From the human T2T-CHM13v2.0 reference genome, Homo sapiens: 64,000 bases of DNA. A model generated the notes under the pieces. It was given only the letters and a program-made list of their open reading frames with translations. It searched no databases and was not told the origin of the DNA. Where the stretch lies: assembly GCF_009914755.1 (NCBI RefSeq), contig NC_060934.1. The stretch is one strand, 5' to 3'. Made by a program: the position numbers and the translations under genes. Shown piece by piece: positions 1 to 14,956 of this stretch (position 1 is the stretch's first letter; each line of letters begins with the position of its first letter).

Positions 1-134
1 GAAAGGTTATATTAAAAAACTCTTTTTACATCCCTTTTCAATGTTTTTTCTCTGTGCTTCTGTTACTCACCTTTTTTGCCTCAACCCAAGTGCATAGTTC
101 GTGCATATTTTATTGGGTCTGACTTCAGCCAAAA

Positions 135-245
135 TATGTGTATGTATGTGTGTATGTATACATACATATATATATATATATATGCGCACACATATATAGC
201 AGCATTATATACATATGTATGTGTGCGTATATATGTATATGGGTG
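135..245. repeat. (TA)n/(TG)n compound microsatellite
   Basis: Alternating purine-pyrimidine run tatgtgtatgtatg...tatatata. Confidence 0.9.
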
Positions 246-343
246 TAAAACTCTTTGATGAAAGTTTCACTTGAAGTTTTCTTAAGCATGCATCTTGTGC
301 TTTGAGGAAATGAACGAGTATTTGGGCAGTAAGGGGTTTTCCA

Positions 344-637
344 GGCCGGGTGCGGTGGCTCATGCCTGTAATCCCAGCACTTTGGGAGGCTGAAGTGGGT
401 GGATCACAAGGTCAGGAGTTCGAGACCAGCCTGGCCAGCATGGTGAAACCCCCATCTCTACTAAAAATAAAAAAATTAGCCGGGCATGGTGGCGCATGCC
501 TGTAGTCCCAGCTACTTGGAAGGCTTAGGCAAGAGAATCACTTGAACCTGGGAGGCGGAGGTTGCAGTGAGCCGAGATTGCGCCACTGCATTCCAGTTTG
601 GGCGACAGAGCGAGACTCCATCTCAAAAAAAAAAAAA
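344..637 (+). mobile_element. Alu (AluS, Sg-like)
   Basis: GGCCGGG head, two arms, poly(A) tail. Confidence 0.95.
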
Positions 638-776
638 GGGAGGGTTTCCTAATACCCTTCAAAATACATCACATGGGCAGGTAGTTACTTTCTCCTGGGC
701 CCAACCCTCATGAGGTGCATATATATGTGACTTAATGGGTCTACAGTTTTAAAGTTTTTAGTCTTTAAGAAAGAGG

Positions 777-1072
<296 letters not shown>

Positions 1073-1145
1073 CAGGCAAATACTTCCTGAGATCTTAGAC
1101 TATATCTGAATAAACTGAGTGAAAATATTTTATATGTAAGGACAA

Positions 1146-1240
1146 TATCTATCTACTTATCTGTCTATCTCTCTATCTATCTCTCTATCTATCTATCTAT
1201 CCATGTATCTATCCATCCATCCTACCTATCTAACTATCTA
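1146..1240. repeat. (TCTA)n/(TCCA)n tetranucleotide microsatellite
   Basis: Degenerate TCTA array. Confidence 0.9.
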
Positions 1241-1639
1241 TTGGTCACCTGTAATTCTACAGAGACATAATTAAGTGCTGAGTAATTAAGAAAGGAGAAA
1301 AATGGAAGGATAAGACAGTATGTGCCCAGGAGGAATCTATGATATACGTAGCTGGCAAGATGTGCCTATTCGGTCGTGCCCATTTTAAATTAGCATTCTC
1401 TGTAGTTTTCTTCTTAGAAATCATCTCTCCCTAACACACACACACGTGTGCGCACATGCACATATGCACACCACATTGATTTTTATTCTTCTTTTTCAAA
1501 GTTCACAGCTGTTCTATTCCACAGATGAGAGGATATTGGAGAAATGCTATAGAAGAAACAACAAAATGTTAGTACTTCTGGTTTTTTGGGCAATGTGTTG
1601 ATTTCGAGAATGGTCCCAAGGTGTTCATGACTGCCTGTG

Positions 1640-1740
1640 TTCACTCTGGGCTGGCCATGTGACTTGTTTTGGCCAATAGGGATGGTAGCAAACATGATGC
1701 AGTGGACGGTGGAAAAATAATTAATGCACACCTGGGACAT
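1640..1740 (+). mobile_element. MLT1 (MaLR) LTR fragment
   Basis: ggccatgtgacttgttttggccaatagg is a typical MLT1 motif. Confidence 0.55.
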
Positions 1741-1907
1741 TGGTAACTCCCATCTTTCCCTCTTTGTTCTTTATTTTCTATCTTCATAGAAAACAGCAAC
1801 TTTTACATTTGCAGTAAAAACAATGGCAGTTTACTCTCCCTTCCATTTGGTGGTGTGTTGGTAAATGTTTAACCTTTAGTTCTTTGAGAAATTAAAAAGC
1901 CCTACAC

Positions 1908-2095
1908 AGAGATACTTCATCTTTACAAAAAATTAGCTGGCCATGGTGGCAAGCACCTGTAGCCTCAGCTACTTGGGAGGCTGAGGCAGGAGGATTGCTT
2001 GAGCGCAGAAGTTTGAGGCTGCAGCGAACTATGATTGCACCACTGCACTCCACCCTGGGGGACAGAGCAAGACTCAGTCTCTAAAATGAAAAAAG
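1908..2095 (+). mobile_element. 5'-truncated AluJ (right arm)
   Basis: Linker plus right arm and A tail. Confidence 0.88.
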
Positions 2096-2377
2096 GGCGG
2101 GGGGTGGGGAACCACTGATGTGTAGCTTTTGCTGATTTCTGTGGTGTAAATACTCCCACTGTGGTTAATTTCAAGCTACCAGTATCATGTCACTTCATAT
2201 GGAGATGGGAAGTCATCATTGTGTAGTATTTCCGCTGAACAGGCAGAATAAATGTAAATAACTATGACAGCATAGGTAGTAGTTAAAAGTAGGAAAATAA
2301 CCAGGAAATGATGAATTTTGAATATTTATTACCTTTGCTATTAATATGATTTATTTAATTGTACATTTATGCAATTT

Positions 2378-2379
<2 letters not shown>

Positions 2380-2413
<34 letters not shown>

Positions 2414-2695
2414 AGACAGTGTCTCACTTTGTTGCCAAGGCTGGAGTGCAGTGACACAATCTTGGCTCACTGCAACCTTCACCTCTTAGGTTCAAGAAAT
2501 TGTCCAGCCTCTGTCTCCTGAGTAGCTAGGACCACAGGTGTGTGCCACCATGCCCAGCTAATTTTTGTGTTTTCTGGTAGAGACAGATTTGGCCGTGTTG
2601 GCCAGGCTGCTCTTGAACTACTGAGCTTAAAGCAAGCCACTCACCTTGGCCTCCCAAAGTGCTGAGATTACAGGCATGAGCCACTGTGCCTGGCT
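2380..2695 (-). mobile_element. Alu
   Basis: Poly(T) then antisense dimer; TSD caattta(g/a)tttt. Confidence 0.95.
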
Positions 2696-2764
2696 CAATT
2701 TAATTTTTAATAATGGTGGCTTAATAGCTAGTTCTCCAAATTCTGCTACATTTAACCATGGGTT

Positions 2765-3135
2765 TGATATGGTTTGGCTGTGTCCCCACCCAAATCTCAT
2801 CTTGAACTGTAGCTCCATAATTCCTATATGTTGTGGGAGGGACCTGGTGGGAGATAATTCAGTCATGGTGGTGGTTTCCCCCATACTGTCCACATGATAG
2901 TGAATAAGTCTACGAAATCTGATGGTTTTATCAGGGGTTTCTGCTTTTGTGTTTTCCTCATTCTCTCTTTGCTTGCTGCCATCCATGTAAGATGAGTCTT
3001 GCTCCTTCTTGCCTTCTGCCATGATTATGAGGCTTCCCCAGCCATGTGGAACTGTAAGTCCAATTAAACCTCTCTTTTGTAAATTGCCCAGTCTCGGGTA
3101 TGTCTTTATCAGCAGCATGAAAATGGACTAATACA
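2765..3135 (+). mobile_element. THE1A/B solo LTR (ERVL-MaLR)
   Basis: tgatatggtttggctgtgtccccacccaaatctc...ggactaataca; 5-bp TSD gggtt/cggtt. Confidence 0.93.
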
Positions 3136-3894
3136 CGGTTCTCACAAGTCAGTGTGAATTGGCTCCAGCACCTTCTGTATCTCATCTTACCATAGCCACA
3201 TTGATGTCTACAAAAAGGAGAGCCTGGGGCTCCAGAAGTCACTCTATCAGGGAACCAGGGTGACATGGGGAGGCTCACTGGTGGGGTGGGGGAGGACTCT
3301 GGATCAGCCAGAATCACTGTTGTGTTTTCACTGAAGGGTTTTCTGCCACATTTAGATTGTGTATCTTCAGATTCATAGGAAAGGCTGATTATAGGGTGTA
3401 TAGAAACCAGCTTAAAGCAACACCCTTGTTTCTTGTGACTTAACTCTTTCCCTTTCAAACTCCTATTTGATACTCCTCTCTAAAATGATCCTCATCCCTA
3501 AATACTGCCCACTCAGTTGTTCTGTTTTCTAATATTTCTTTCTTTAAATCAGGAGTGGGAGAACACTGGCCCTCAGGTTCTTTCTCGACTATTTTTGGCA
3601 TGAAGTCCCCAAGGATAATTTCTTCACTTCTACTCTAGTTGTGCAAATGTTTCATTGTTTGGTAGCAACAAATTAAAACCCCATAGTTTGGGGCTGTTAT
3701 GCTTTACGTTCCTGGCTTATCTGAGCTTATCTTTCTCTCTTTTCCCTGTCTTTGTTTGGGTTTCTCTGTATCTCTTTCACCACCTGGTCTTCCCCATAAT
3801 TTGTCCTTTTCTATCTTCTTCTCTCTGGGTCTTTTAAATAGTCCGTAATATAGAATGAATGCCTACATTTTGATTATTTGTGTTTAAAAAAAAA

Positions 3895-4040
3895 TTAGAG
3901 ATAGGGTCTCGCTCTGTCACTCAGGCTTGCATGCAGTGGCATGATTCCAGCTCCTGTAACCTCGAACTCTTGGCCTCAAGTGAGCCTCCTGCCTTGGCCT
4001 CCCAAAGCACTGAGATTATAGGCATGAGCTGCCAAACCCA
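3895..4040 (-). mobile_element. Alu monomer (FLAM/FRAM-like)
   Basis: Single-arm antisense Alu. Confidence 0.8.
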
Positions 4041-4107
4041 GACTATTGGTTGTTTTTATGAAATCAAATATACTATCCCTCTCTTTCTCTCTTTCTCTCT
4101 CTCTCTC

Positions 4108-4401
4108 TTTTCTTTTTTTTGGACAGAATCTCACTCTGTCACCCAGGCTGGAGTGCAGCGGTGTAATTACAGCTTACTGCAGACTTAACCTCCCCAGGCT
4201 CAGGTGATCCTCCCACTTCAGCCTCCTGAGTAGCTGGAACTGCAGGTGTGTGCCACCACGTCTGACTAATTTTTGTATTTTTTGTAGAGATGGGATCTTT
4301 CCATGTTGCCCAGGTTGGTCTTAACTGCTGGGCTCAAGCAATCTGCCTACCTCAGCCTCCCGAAGTGCTGGGATTACAGGTGTGAGCCACTTTGCCCGGC
4401 C
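4108..4401 (-). mobile_element. Alu (AluJ-like)
   Basis: Antisense dimer preceded by (CT)n/T tract. Confidence 0.93.
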
Positions 4402-5243
4402 TGTATTCTTTTATTAATTTAAATACTATGTGAATGGTATATGTTCTGTTTCAAATTTTAAAACATGAATCTTATTTATGAGTTCCTTGATAGATTTTCC
4501 AAGGGGTGTCAATTGCTTTTGAGACAGAACAATAATTTTTCTACATTCACCCTGAACACTTTACTATATTCAGCCCAAGAGAATACTACCCACTGATGAA
4601 CTAATAGAAGAAGCAGAAAACCAAATTAACAGAAAAATGCTTTAGGGAGCTGGGACAGAGTAGTATCATAATGTGCTATCAATATAACTTCAAGCCATTT
4701 TACCAAAAATTGAAAAAAAAAAAACACTGGAGACATTGTAATACCCAAAATTCTATACAGCACTACAGTGTGAACCAGCCAGTAACATTTAATCTAAATT
4801 CTTCAATAGCTCTGCCCTGGACCTGTGTGCTGTTCTTTAACTAAATAGCAAAATAGGTGGCTCAAGTGGTAAGATGCACGACCCATCTGTGTTTGAGTCA
4901 GGGAGAGCAGTTCCCAGCTGGATGGCTCTAGAAGTGTGAGAATGGCAGAGAGCATGATCTACTCACAGATGCTATACTAACAGCCAAAGAGGGGCCTGTT
5001 GTTTAGAGAAAGAAGCTATTTTTAAAGTTTAACACAACTGGAAAATTTTGACTCTGCAAGATCAGGAAGTCATATTTCATTTTGATGAGACCCTAGCAGA
5101 ATTCTCTGTGCACACTCAGAATTATGTTTTAGAAACTAGAAATATCCACAAGGGAAGCTATCAAATTATAAATATCTTATAAACTAATGCCTAAGGATAA
5201 TAGTAAAGTTGCTTGAATCAACGGAGATAAATCTTGGGGCTAG

Positions 5244-5579
<336 letters not shown>

Positions 5580-7495
5580 GGGCTTGTTCTCTTTAGGATC
5601 TCACAAAGTGCCTAACACTGTGGGTGCACAGTCAAGATTTCGTTGAGGGCTAACTCAGCCTTACTTTGCATGTACAACAATTATAAGAACGATAATCTCT
5701 CCAACAATATATAGATGTTAGATGTTGGAGGCTGCAACATCTACCTTCTTCAACCTCTGATGGATGCACTCAATGCAGACCTATCTTATGGGGATCAACA
5801 GGCACATTTCGTAAAATGGCCAGATCAACAAATCTTCTCTCCCGCTTTTTTAAATCTCCAGTGCAGGAAAAATGTTAGGGATACGTAATTCCAACTAGGG
5901 GCCAAAGTAGGGCTCCTGGCCCACCAATTTTTTTTTTAATATTTCCAGTCCCTAGAGTACCCTTGGGGGAGGAGTACCAAGTAGGTCTTACTGCACATTG
6001 TCACACTCAGGGCACAGGAAGCAGCAAAGAACATGGTTTCTTCTAGTCTATCAGGAAATGAAGAATTTGGGCAAAACCGATTGGGCAAAACAGATGTAGA
6101 AACACTACATCATGTGTGAAAGGCAGTCAAATGGATGTCAAGCTCTTCAATATCCCTCCCCAAAACTCTTTGATGGGGTGTAGGTAGTTGCCATTTCTTC
6201 TATGAGCCAAGTTGAAATTATAAGTAGGAAGCATGAATGTTTCTCCTCATAATAAAATAGACAAGCATGGTTTTAATTTTAGATCAAGGAGATTCAAGTT
6301 AGAGCTAAGCAACACTCTTCTTTCAGTAAGAATTATTCACAATGAAAACAGTTCTCAATGAAATGCTCAAGATGTGGCTTACAAGTGAATGCCTAATTAA
6401 AGTCAGACTTCCATATTGTTCATGCATGCACTATAAGAAACAAAAAGTGGGGCATACAGCCAAAAATAGGAGATTCTGGACACAGAAAACATAGACAAAT
6501 GTGCTACAGTAACTCAACAAGATTGACAATAAATATTCCACAACTGATCATAAATGATTTGTTTTCAGAACAAATTAATGAAAGATTGAGTTGAAATTTT
6601 TGTTTATAAAAGAAATCAGAAATGTATGGGAAGATTAAGCTTCTATTTGTCACCCTGCAGGAATGTTCTATTTGGCTCCAGGGCTTTATTTAAGAATGAA
6701 GTTTTACTCTTCTATGTAGGAATGCTCAGGCTTGGAACCAAAATCTATCTGCAGAGCCACTGATCTCAAAACACAGATTATCCTCTCTCTTACCTCTCGC
6801 ATGACTTAAGTTCCCATTCTTGAGCTATCTATTTCTCCTTCTCTGATGAAAACTTTTCAAATCTCACCCGTTAGAGGAAGTTGCTTTTCCTTTTGCCAAA
6901 TGATCCAAATAATGTGTGGTTCAAGGTGATTGTTCTTCCAATCCTCCAGGTGCCTAATCTTGTAGGGCACACAACCTTTTTCCACGGGGCTTTATTCTGA
7001 GGAAGATTCTTTTGTGAATCAAGATACAGCTGCTATAACTTGAGAAAGTGTAATAAGACCCCTTGGGTGAGCCATTACTTTTGAGTGAAGAAGGTAGTAC
7101 TGAAGATGAAATGCAGTGAGTTCACCGGCATCTGCGTCTGCTGCTGCCTGGCTCATCTAGGGTCCTAGGATTGCTACTTGACCACAATTCAGAAGATACC
7201 AAGAAGAACTCAAAGAAATGTATCATTCAGTTAATTTTCACATTAGCTTACCAGCTTCCAAATAATATAAACAAGGTGGATGGTGTAATTAAAGTGTCAA
7301 CAAGATTTTAGAAAATGTATAGTTCATGGCACTGTGCTAGGAAAACATTACTCGTGTAGGTCTGTGGGTAAATATTTTACTAATATTTACCTAATAGTAA
7401 AGTTGTTATGCCCACTTTAGCTCCCTATTGATTTGGAAGACAGAGGATATTTTAGATGAAATGTATAAACAAAGGCAAATCTTGATTTGGATTCC

Positions 7496-7787
7496 TTTTT
7501 TTTTTCTTTTTCGAGACAGGGTCTCACTTTGTCATCCACAGTAGTGTGCAGTGGCGTGATCATAGTTCACTGCAGCCTTGACTTTCTGGGCTCAAGTGAT
7601 CCTCCCACCTCAGCCTCCTAAGTAGCTGGTACTACAGGTACATGCCACCACTCCTGGCTAATTTTTTTTTTCTTATTTTTTTGTAAAGACAGGGTCTTAT
7701 TGTGTTGTCCAGGCTGGTCTCTAACTAAAAGGCTCAAGCAATCTGCTTGCCTTGGCTTCCCTAAGGGCTGAGGCTACCATGCCCGAC
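7496..7787 (-). mobile_element. Alu (AluJ-like)
   Basis: Antisense dimer. Confidence 0.92.
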
Positions 7788-10224
7788 TTTGATTCAGATT
7801 GTTAGTGAATATCAGAAGGTTCATACAACCTTTATCATTCAGCATCATGCATTGTAGACATATACTTTTAAACAATCAAAAATAAGAAACCTGGAAAATA
7901 GAATTTTCTTGAAAAACATCTCCAGTAGTGCGAGGGACACATATTTTGTGATCACCGTCTGCTAAGGTGTATTTGCAGGTCTTCCTTTTCCCTCTTGCAA
8001 TTGCTCCCTGTGTTTCCTTGTGAAGCTGTGTTACGTGAGCCCAAGCAGAGATTCCGCCTAGGTATTCTATTAGCTTTTACAGTAACCAGTGTGTAGAAAA
8101 CACAAATGACGGAAGTCATTGCTTTTAAAGCCCTTCTCACAAATGAATTTCCTTTGGAGACGCAATATCCCAGGAGCATAATAGATTTTCCTCTCCCTTC
8201 TTCCATTTGAACAGACACGTTCACAGCTAACTAATCAGTTGCAATTCTAATCTATATTTCTGATTTGTTTACATGCATCATGCAGGCTGGCAATCTTTTG
8301 AATTTAAATGTGACTTAAAGTAAAATAAAATAAACCACAAGTAAATGACACAGAATTGCTAACAGTAGGAACTTTGTTTACATTCCACATTCTGAAAATA
8401 TTTTGTTCAGCTGGCTAGGGAAACCACATGGTGGAGACAGACTGGGTGAGGATTTGGTTTACTGCCTGGCTGGAATCAGGATGGAAAAAGGGATGGCATG
8501 TGATATGGCTGTCTGTCACCTCAAATCCAGAGAAAGAACACATTCTCAGCACACATGTGATCTGTGCTTTAACAGAAGAGCTCTAATAATCCTAGCCAGA
8601 TCATCACGTGCGCCTGGCACTGGGCCAGAACAATATGCCAGTCTATTGGAGTATTCAGATAATAACCGTCTCTTCATTTCTGCAGTCATCAGCAGGTGCT
8701 GCTTCGTACATGACTCTCTTGGAGTCTGTTTGTTCTGCAAGTCCTTTGTTCCTGCCTACTTTCTGAAATTATCCTCTAATACAGTCCTATTTCTCCCTTC
8801 CCACCTACATTTGAAGGTTTATTGAGAGGCTTTCGTATTCTTGTTGGTCTCGCTGCCTTTCCCAGATGATGACTCCAGCTCAATTAAATGAAACTTAGCA
8901 ATAGCTGAGGAATGGTCACTAAAGGGACAAGATGCATTGAAAACACACAGATGCCCTTTAACGTGGGCTCTGTCCTCCAGAGCAGAACATTGCAGTGAAT
9001 GCACCTGTACCAGGGTGCATCCTGGTACAATTACTTGGTGTAAGAAATGAGAAAGAAGGCAGGAATGGAGATGAAGACAGAATTTAGAAGGGAAGAATGA
9101 GATTTTAGCAGGCCAGTTCTAATAGCAGATGCTCCTAAGATGCAACTCAGAAAATTAGTTATTTCATTATCCCTTTGTTAGGAATATATTGCCCACATGA
9201 AGAGAACCAAAGGAAAAAAAAATTTTTAGAGATGTAAGGACACTGTTCACATTGTTGTTGTCTTTTTTTTCTTTGAAAAAACAAGTCTCCTTAAGCACAT
9301 GTGTACCTTGGGATCTCATCAAGGAACTCATCCTGCTTAGGGATTTCAGGAGCTCCAACAGAGAGTGCTTGGAGTACTTAGAAGAGGGGTCAAGGCATGG
9401 GAAGAGCAGAAGTCTCCTCTCCCAGCCTTTGATGTGTCCATCTGGAAAGGAAAGAATGTCTAGTAGCCACTGTGAGAAGCAGAAGAACTGAAACTGTTCC
9501 AGATTCTATAGGCATGTCTCCAATTCTCTGCCCTCCGGGGAAATTAAAGGCAGCCCCTGCTGCCTCGGCACCTTCCCTTGCCTCTGTCTTCCCTTTCCCC
9601 GCCCTGGCCCAAGCTCACCTTGACCAGCTCCAATCTCTGTTCTCTGAGTCTGGTGACAGGTCTTGAAAAGCACTGCCCTGCTTGGATGTTCTTTGGCCAC
9701 ACTCGGAGGAGTCTTGCTGTCCATTTTCAGGGGAGTGGTGTCCCATCCTCCAGCCTGGGCCTGCTTTCTGCTTGGTGTTCTTTAGTCCCAAGCTTCACAG
9801 ACCTACTCCTCCATGCGCCCTCAGCCTTTCCTTCCAAACTTGCAGGCTTTGGAGAGAGCCTTTCAACTATGAGAGCCTCTCATAGTTATCAAAGAGCAAC
9901 ACATCAAGCTCTAGAATGAGAAAAGAGAAAACAAATGGAATTCTGGAAAAATTCTCCAGTAAATTTATAAATGCTTAGAGAAAAACCTTTCCCCCTATGA
10001 CACAGACTTGTTCATGAAACAGAAGAATAATTTAGTTAATACTTTTAGTTCTCAATGAAAGAGGATATTTGGAACACACACATGCATACACACACACACA
10101 CAGAGATCAAACTTTAATCAAAAGCAATAAAAAGCAGACTTAACACTGTAGAAAACTCTACCATGTGTAGATAACTAGCTTAAGGAAATGATTTAGATTG
10201 TGAAGGAATTTTTTTTTTTTTTTT

Positions 10225-11662
10225 TACTTCATTGAGTTCTAAGTCATTTACAATTGTCCATTTTACGTATACAGTTGGATGAGTTTTGGTCAACGCACAC
10301 AGTTGTGCAACTATAATCACAAGAAGGTTTCCAACAGTTTTATCACTCTCAGACCTTCCTTTGAGCCCCTCTGCAGTAAGTCTCTACCCCCACTTCAGTC
10401 CTTAGCCCAAGGAAACTAGTAATCTGCTTTCCGTCACTGTAGTTTTGCTTTTATAGAAGTGTTTATCAATGAAGTCATACAATATATACTCTTTTGTGTC
10501 TGGTTTCTTTCACTTAGCAGAAGTGTTTTTGCGATTCATTCATGTTGTTCATTTTAGTAGTTCATTTCTTTTTATTGCTGGGTCCCTTGTATGGATACAT
10601 CACATTTTGTTTATTCATAGGTAAGCATTTGGGCTGTTTCCATTTTGGAGGTTATTATGAATAACGCTACTGTGAGCATTCACATGAAAGTCTTTACGTG
10701 AACATATGTTTCCATTTCTTTTGGGTAGGTATCCAGGGATGAAAATGTCGGTACATTGGTATGTTGGTACATGCATATGGTAAATGCATATTTAAACTTT
10801 AAAGAAACTGTCAAACTGTTTTTCCAAAGATTTGCAGCATTTTGCATTCTTACCATCAATAGATGAGGGTTCCAGTCACACCACATCCTCATGTACCCTT
10901 GGTGTTATCTTAATTTTAGCCATTTTAATGGATGCATTTTGTTGTCTAATTTTAGATTTAATCTGTATTTCTCTACTGATTGATGATATTAAATAAACAT
11001 CTTTCTGTGTGCTTCTTGGCCATTCATTTATTTTTATTTCGTAAATGTGTAGTCAAAACTTTTTTTGCCCATTTTTTCCATTTGGATTATTTGTATTCTT
11101 CTTCTTGAGTTTTAAGAGTTCTTTTTATATTCGGGGTACAAATCTTTTGTCATATCTATGTTTATTTTATATTCATATATAAATACAGATTTCCAATCCA
11201 TGGCTTGTCTCTTCTTTTTTTCTTTTCTATTTTTGAGACAGGGTCTTGCTCTGTCACTCAGGCTGGAGTGCACCCTCAGCTCACTGTGGTGCCATCTCAG
11301 CTTACTGCAATGTCTGCCTCCTGGGTTCAAGTGATTCTCGTGCCTCAGCCTCCCAAGTAGCTGGGATTACAAGCATGTGTCACCATGCCCAGCTAATTTT
11401 TGTAGTTTTAGTAGAGACGGGGTTTCACTATCTTGACCAGGCTGGTCTCAAACTCCTGGCCTCAAGTGATCTGGCCGCCTTGGCCTCCCAAAATGAAGTC
11501 TTTTCATTTTTTAATGGTATTTTTCAAGAAGCAAACATTATTAACTTTGATGGAGTTCAATTTAACAGGTTTTTTTCCTTTATAGTTTGTGCTTTTTATC
11601 CCCCATCTAAAAAATCTTTGCCCTAACCCAAAGCCACAAGAATATTTTCCTGTGTTTTCTTC
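10225..11662 (-). mobile_element. Old L1M (L1MB/MC-like) 3' end: 3'UTR and ORF2 C-terminus
   Basis: Typical antisense L1M text (tctggtttctttcacttagc, tttgcattcttaccatcaat); ORF 10680..10892 resembles the ORF2 C-terminus. Confidence 0.85.
11215..11490 (-). mobile_element. Alu inserted in L1M
   Basis: Antisense Alu, slightly 5'-truncated, with a small internal duplication. Confidence 0.93.
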
Positions 11663-11704
11663 TGAAGTAAATATTTTTTATTTATTTATTTACATTAAAA
11701 AGAG

Positions 11705-11792
11705 TATTTATTGAGTACTTACTATATGCCAGGCTTGGAGCACTTCATATATATTATTTCAATAAATCTTCATAACAATCCTAGGAGGTAGG
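11705..11792. mobile_element. MIR fragment (inside the putative transduced segment)
   Basis: ttattgagtacttactatatgccaggc...cttcataacaatcctaggaggtagg. Confidence 0.75.
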
Positions 11793-11855
11793 CTGTTTTG
11801 GTATTTTGTTTGTTTTATATTGTTTTTATACGTAATTACCTGCTCTACTGTTCTC

Positions 11856-13213
<1,358 letters not shown>

Positions 13214-13505
13214 TTCTGAAGCAAATATTTTTAATAAAGAGACAGATTTAAAAAATAGATTATGGAGTGCTGCCAATCTGTAAACTATTGTTATTAAAAA
13301 AGTAAATAGACCAAATAATCAGAAATGATAAATGAAAGTGAGCAGGGAAACAAATCTTTTATAAATCTAAAAACATTTAAAATTTAGATCTAAAATCCAA
13401 GAACAAAGGCTTGAGGTGGGTAATCATAAGCAGGGCAGAGATAAGGAATAGAAAAAGAGAAAATATACCACATGTTACAAAGAATGAAAAAATGAAGTAC
13501 CTATT

Positions 13506-13936
13506 TGTCTTAATACATTTTGTATTGCTATAACAATACCTGAGACTGGGTAATTTATAAAGAATAAAAAAGCTTTTTAGCTCATGATTCTGGTGACTGC
13601 AAAGTTCGAGACTGCACATCTATATCTGGTAAGGGCCTCTGGCTGTTTCCACTCATAGTGGACAGTGGAAAGGAAGCTGGAGTGGGCAAAGACATCCTAT
13701 GGCAAGAGAGTGAGCAAGAGAGTTAGACTGAGGAAGCCAGACTCATTAACGATCTGCTTTCATGGGAACCAATCCACTCCTGTGAGAATTCACCCCAGCA
13801 GGAGGGCATTAGTGGGCATTGATCTATTATTGAGGGATAAGTCCCCTCCCGGCATGACTCAAACACCTCCCAGCACTGCCACATTGAGGATCAAATTTCA
13901 ACATGAGTTTTGGTAGGGACAAACCAAACCACAGCA
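13506..13936 (-). mobile_element. MST-type MaLR solo LTR
   Basis: tgtcttaatacattttg...tacctgagactgggtaatttataaag...aaaccacagca. Confidence 0.85.
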
Positions 13937-14644
13937 GTGTTGTAGTTAAACGTTTAAATTTATAAAGGATCTTAATCTCTCTAACTCCACAGCCTTTGAA
14001 TTGAGGATGGCTCCTCCACTTTTGTCTCATGTACCTGCTGGCTCAGGAAATGAAGGACTAGGATGCCTTCCTGGCCCTGCCAGGCTGGGTGGTAAGCCAG
14101 ATTTTGCCCTGCTTTTCCACATGTTTTCCTCTTCCAGACTTTGAGACATCTGGCTCCTGGATCCCAGCCTGGGCCCCTGCTTTCTCTCTCCAGGTGCTCC
14201 TATTCTCTCTTCTCAGCATTTCAACGCTAAACCAGCACTTAGTGGACTCTGGCCTAGGAAATCTCGGCCCCAGCCTGGCCACGTGGCTGACACTCAGTCT
14301 ATCATTCCATGAAGTAGGAGAAGGGAAGGCTTAGGAAGATATTACCACCACGAGAACTAAAGCCAGCTTAGCTTGAGATGTCTCCTCCCCAACAGTGGAA
14401 TGTGAGATACTGAAGCAACATCTAGAGAACTTGGCAGAAAAAAAAAGAGAATTTAGTAATCTAGTAGAAGTTAATTTAAAAAATGTCAAATATGCTTATT
14501 TCTGGAATATAGATGATCCCAGTGTGATTTCTACAAAAGTTGCTTTAAAATGTGCTCCAAATACTAAGATAAATCAGAGAACAATTGAATTAATGGAGAT
14601 TATATAGATGAAGAGGATTGGGAGTAGACTTTAAAACCATCCAA

Positions 14645-14956
14645 GGCGGGCATGGCGGCTCATGCCTGTAATCCCAGCACTTTGGGAGGCTGAGGTGGGT
14701 GGATCATCTGAGGTCAGGAGTTCAAGACCAGCCTGGCCAACATGGTCAAACCCTGTCTCTACTAAAAATACAAAAATTAGGTGGGCGTAGTGGCAGGTGC
14801 CTGTAATCCCAGCTACTTGGGAGGCTGAGGCAGGAGAATTGCTTGAACCCGGGAGATAGAGGCTGAGTGAGCTGACATCATGCCACTGCACTCCAGCCTG
14901 GGCAACAGAGTGAGACTCTGTCTCAAAAACAAACAAACAATAAATAATAAAAATAA
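14645..14956 (+). mobile_element. Alu (AluSx-like)
   Basis: Dimer; TSD taaaaccatc. Confidence 0.95.

Larger units (their letters stand above)
1849..3176. mobile_element. hAT-Tip100-like DNA transposon fossil (Arthur1-like), interrupted by two Alus and a THE1 LTR
   Basis: Ends tggtgtgttggtaaatgtttaac and ggctccagcacc; internal ggtgtaaatactcccac...tttcaagctacc; the sequence is continuous across the THE1 insertion. Family name from memory. Confidence 0.55.

Noticed and set aside
2627-3458. 163-aa and 166-aa minus-strand ORFs
   Set aside because: They read through the THE1 LTR and Alu and have no protein-family features or splice context.
8403-8825. 140-aa ORF in unique sequence
   Set aside because: Non-ATG start, no recognisable domain, and a length compatible with chance.
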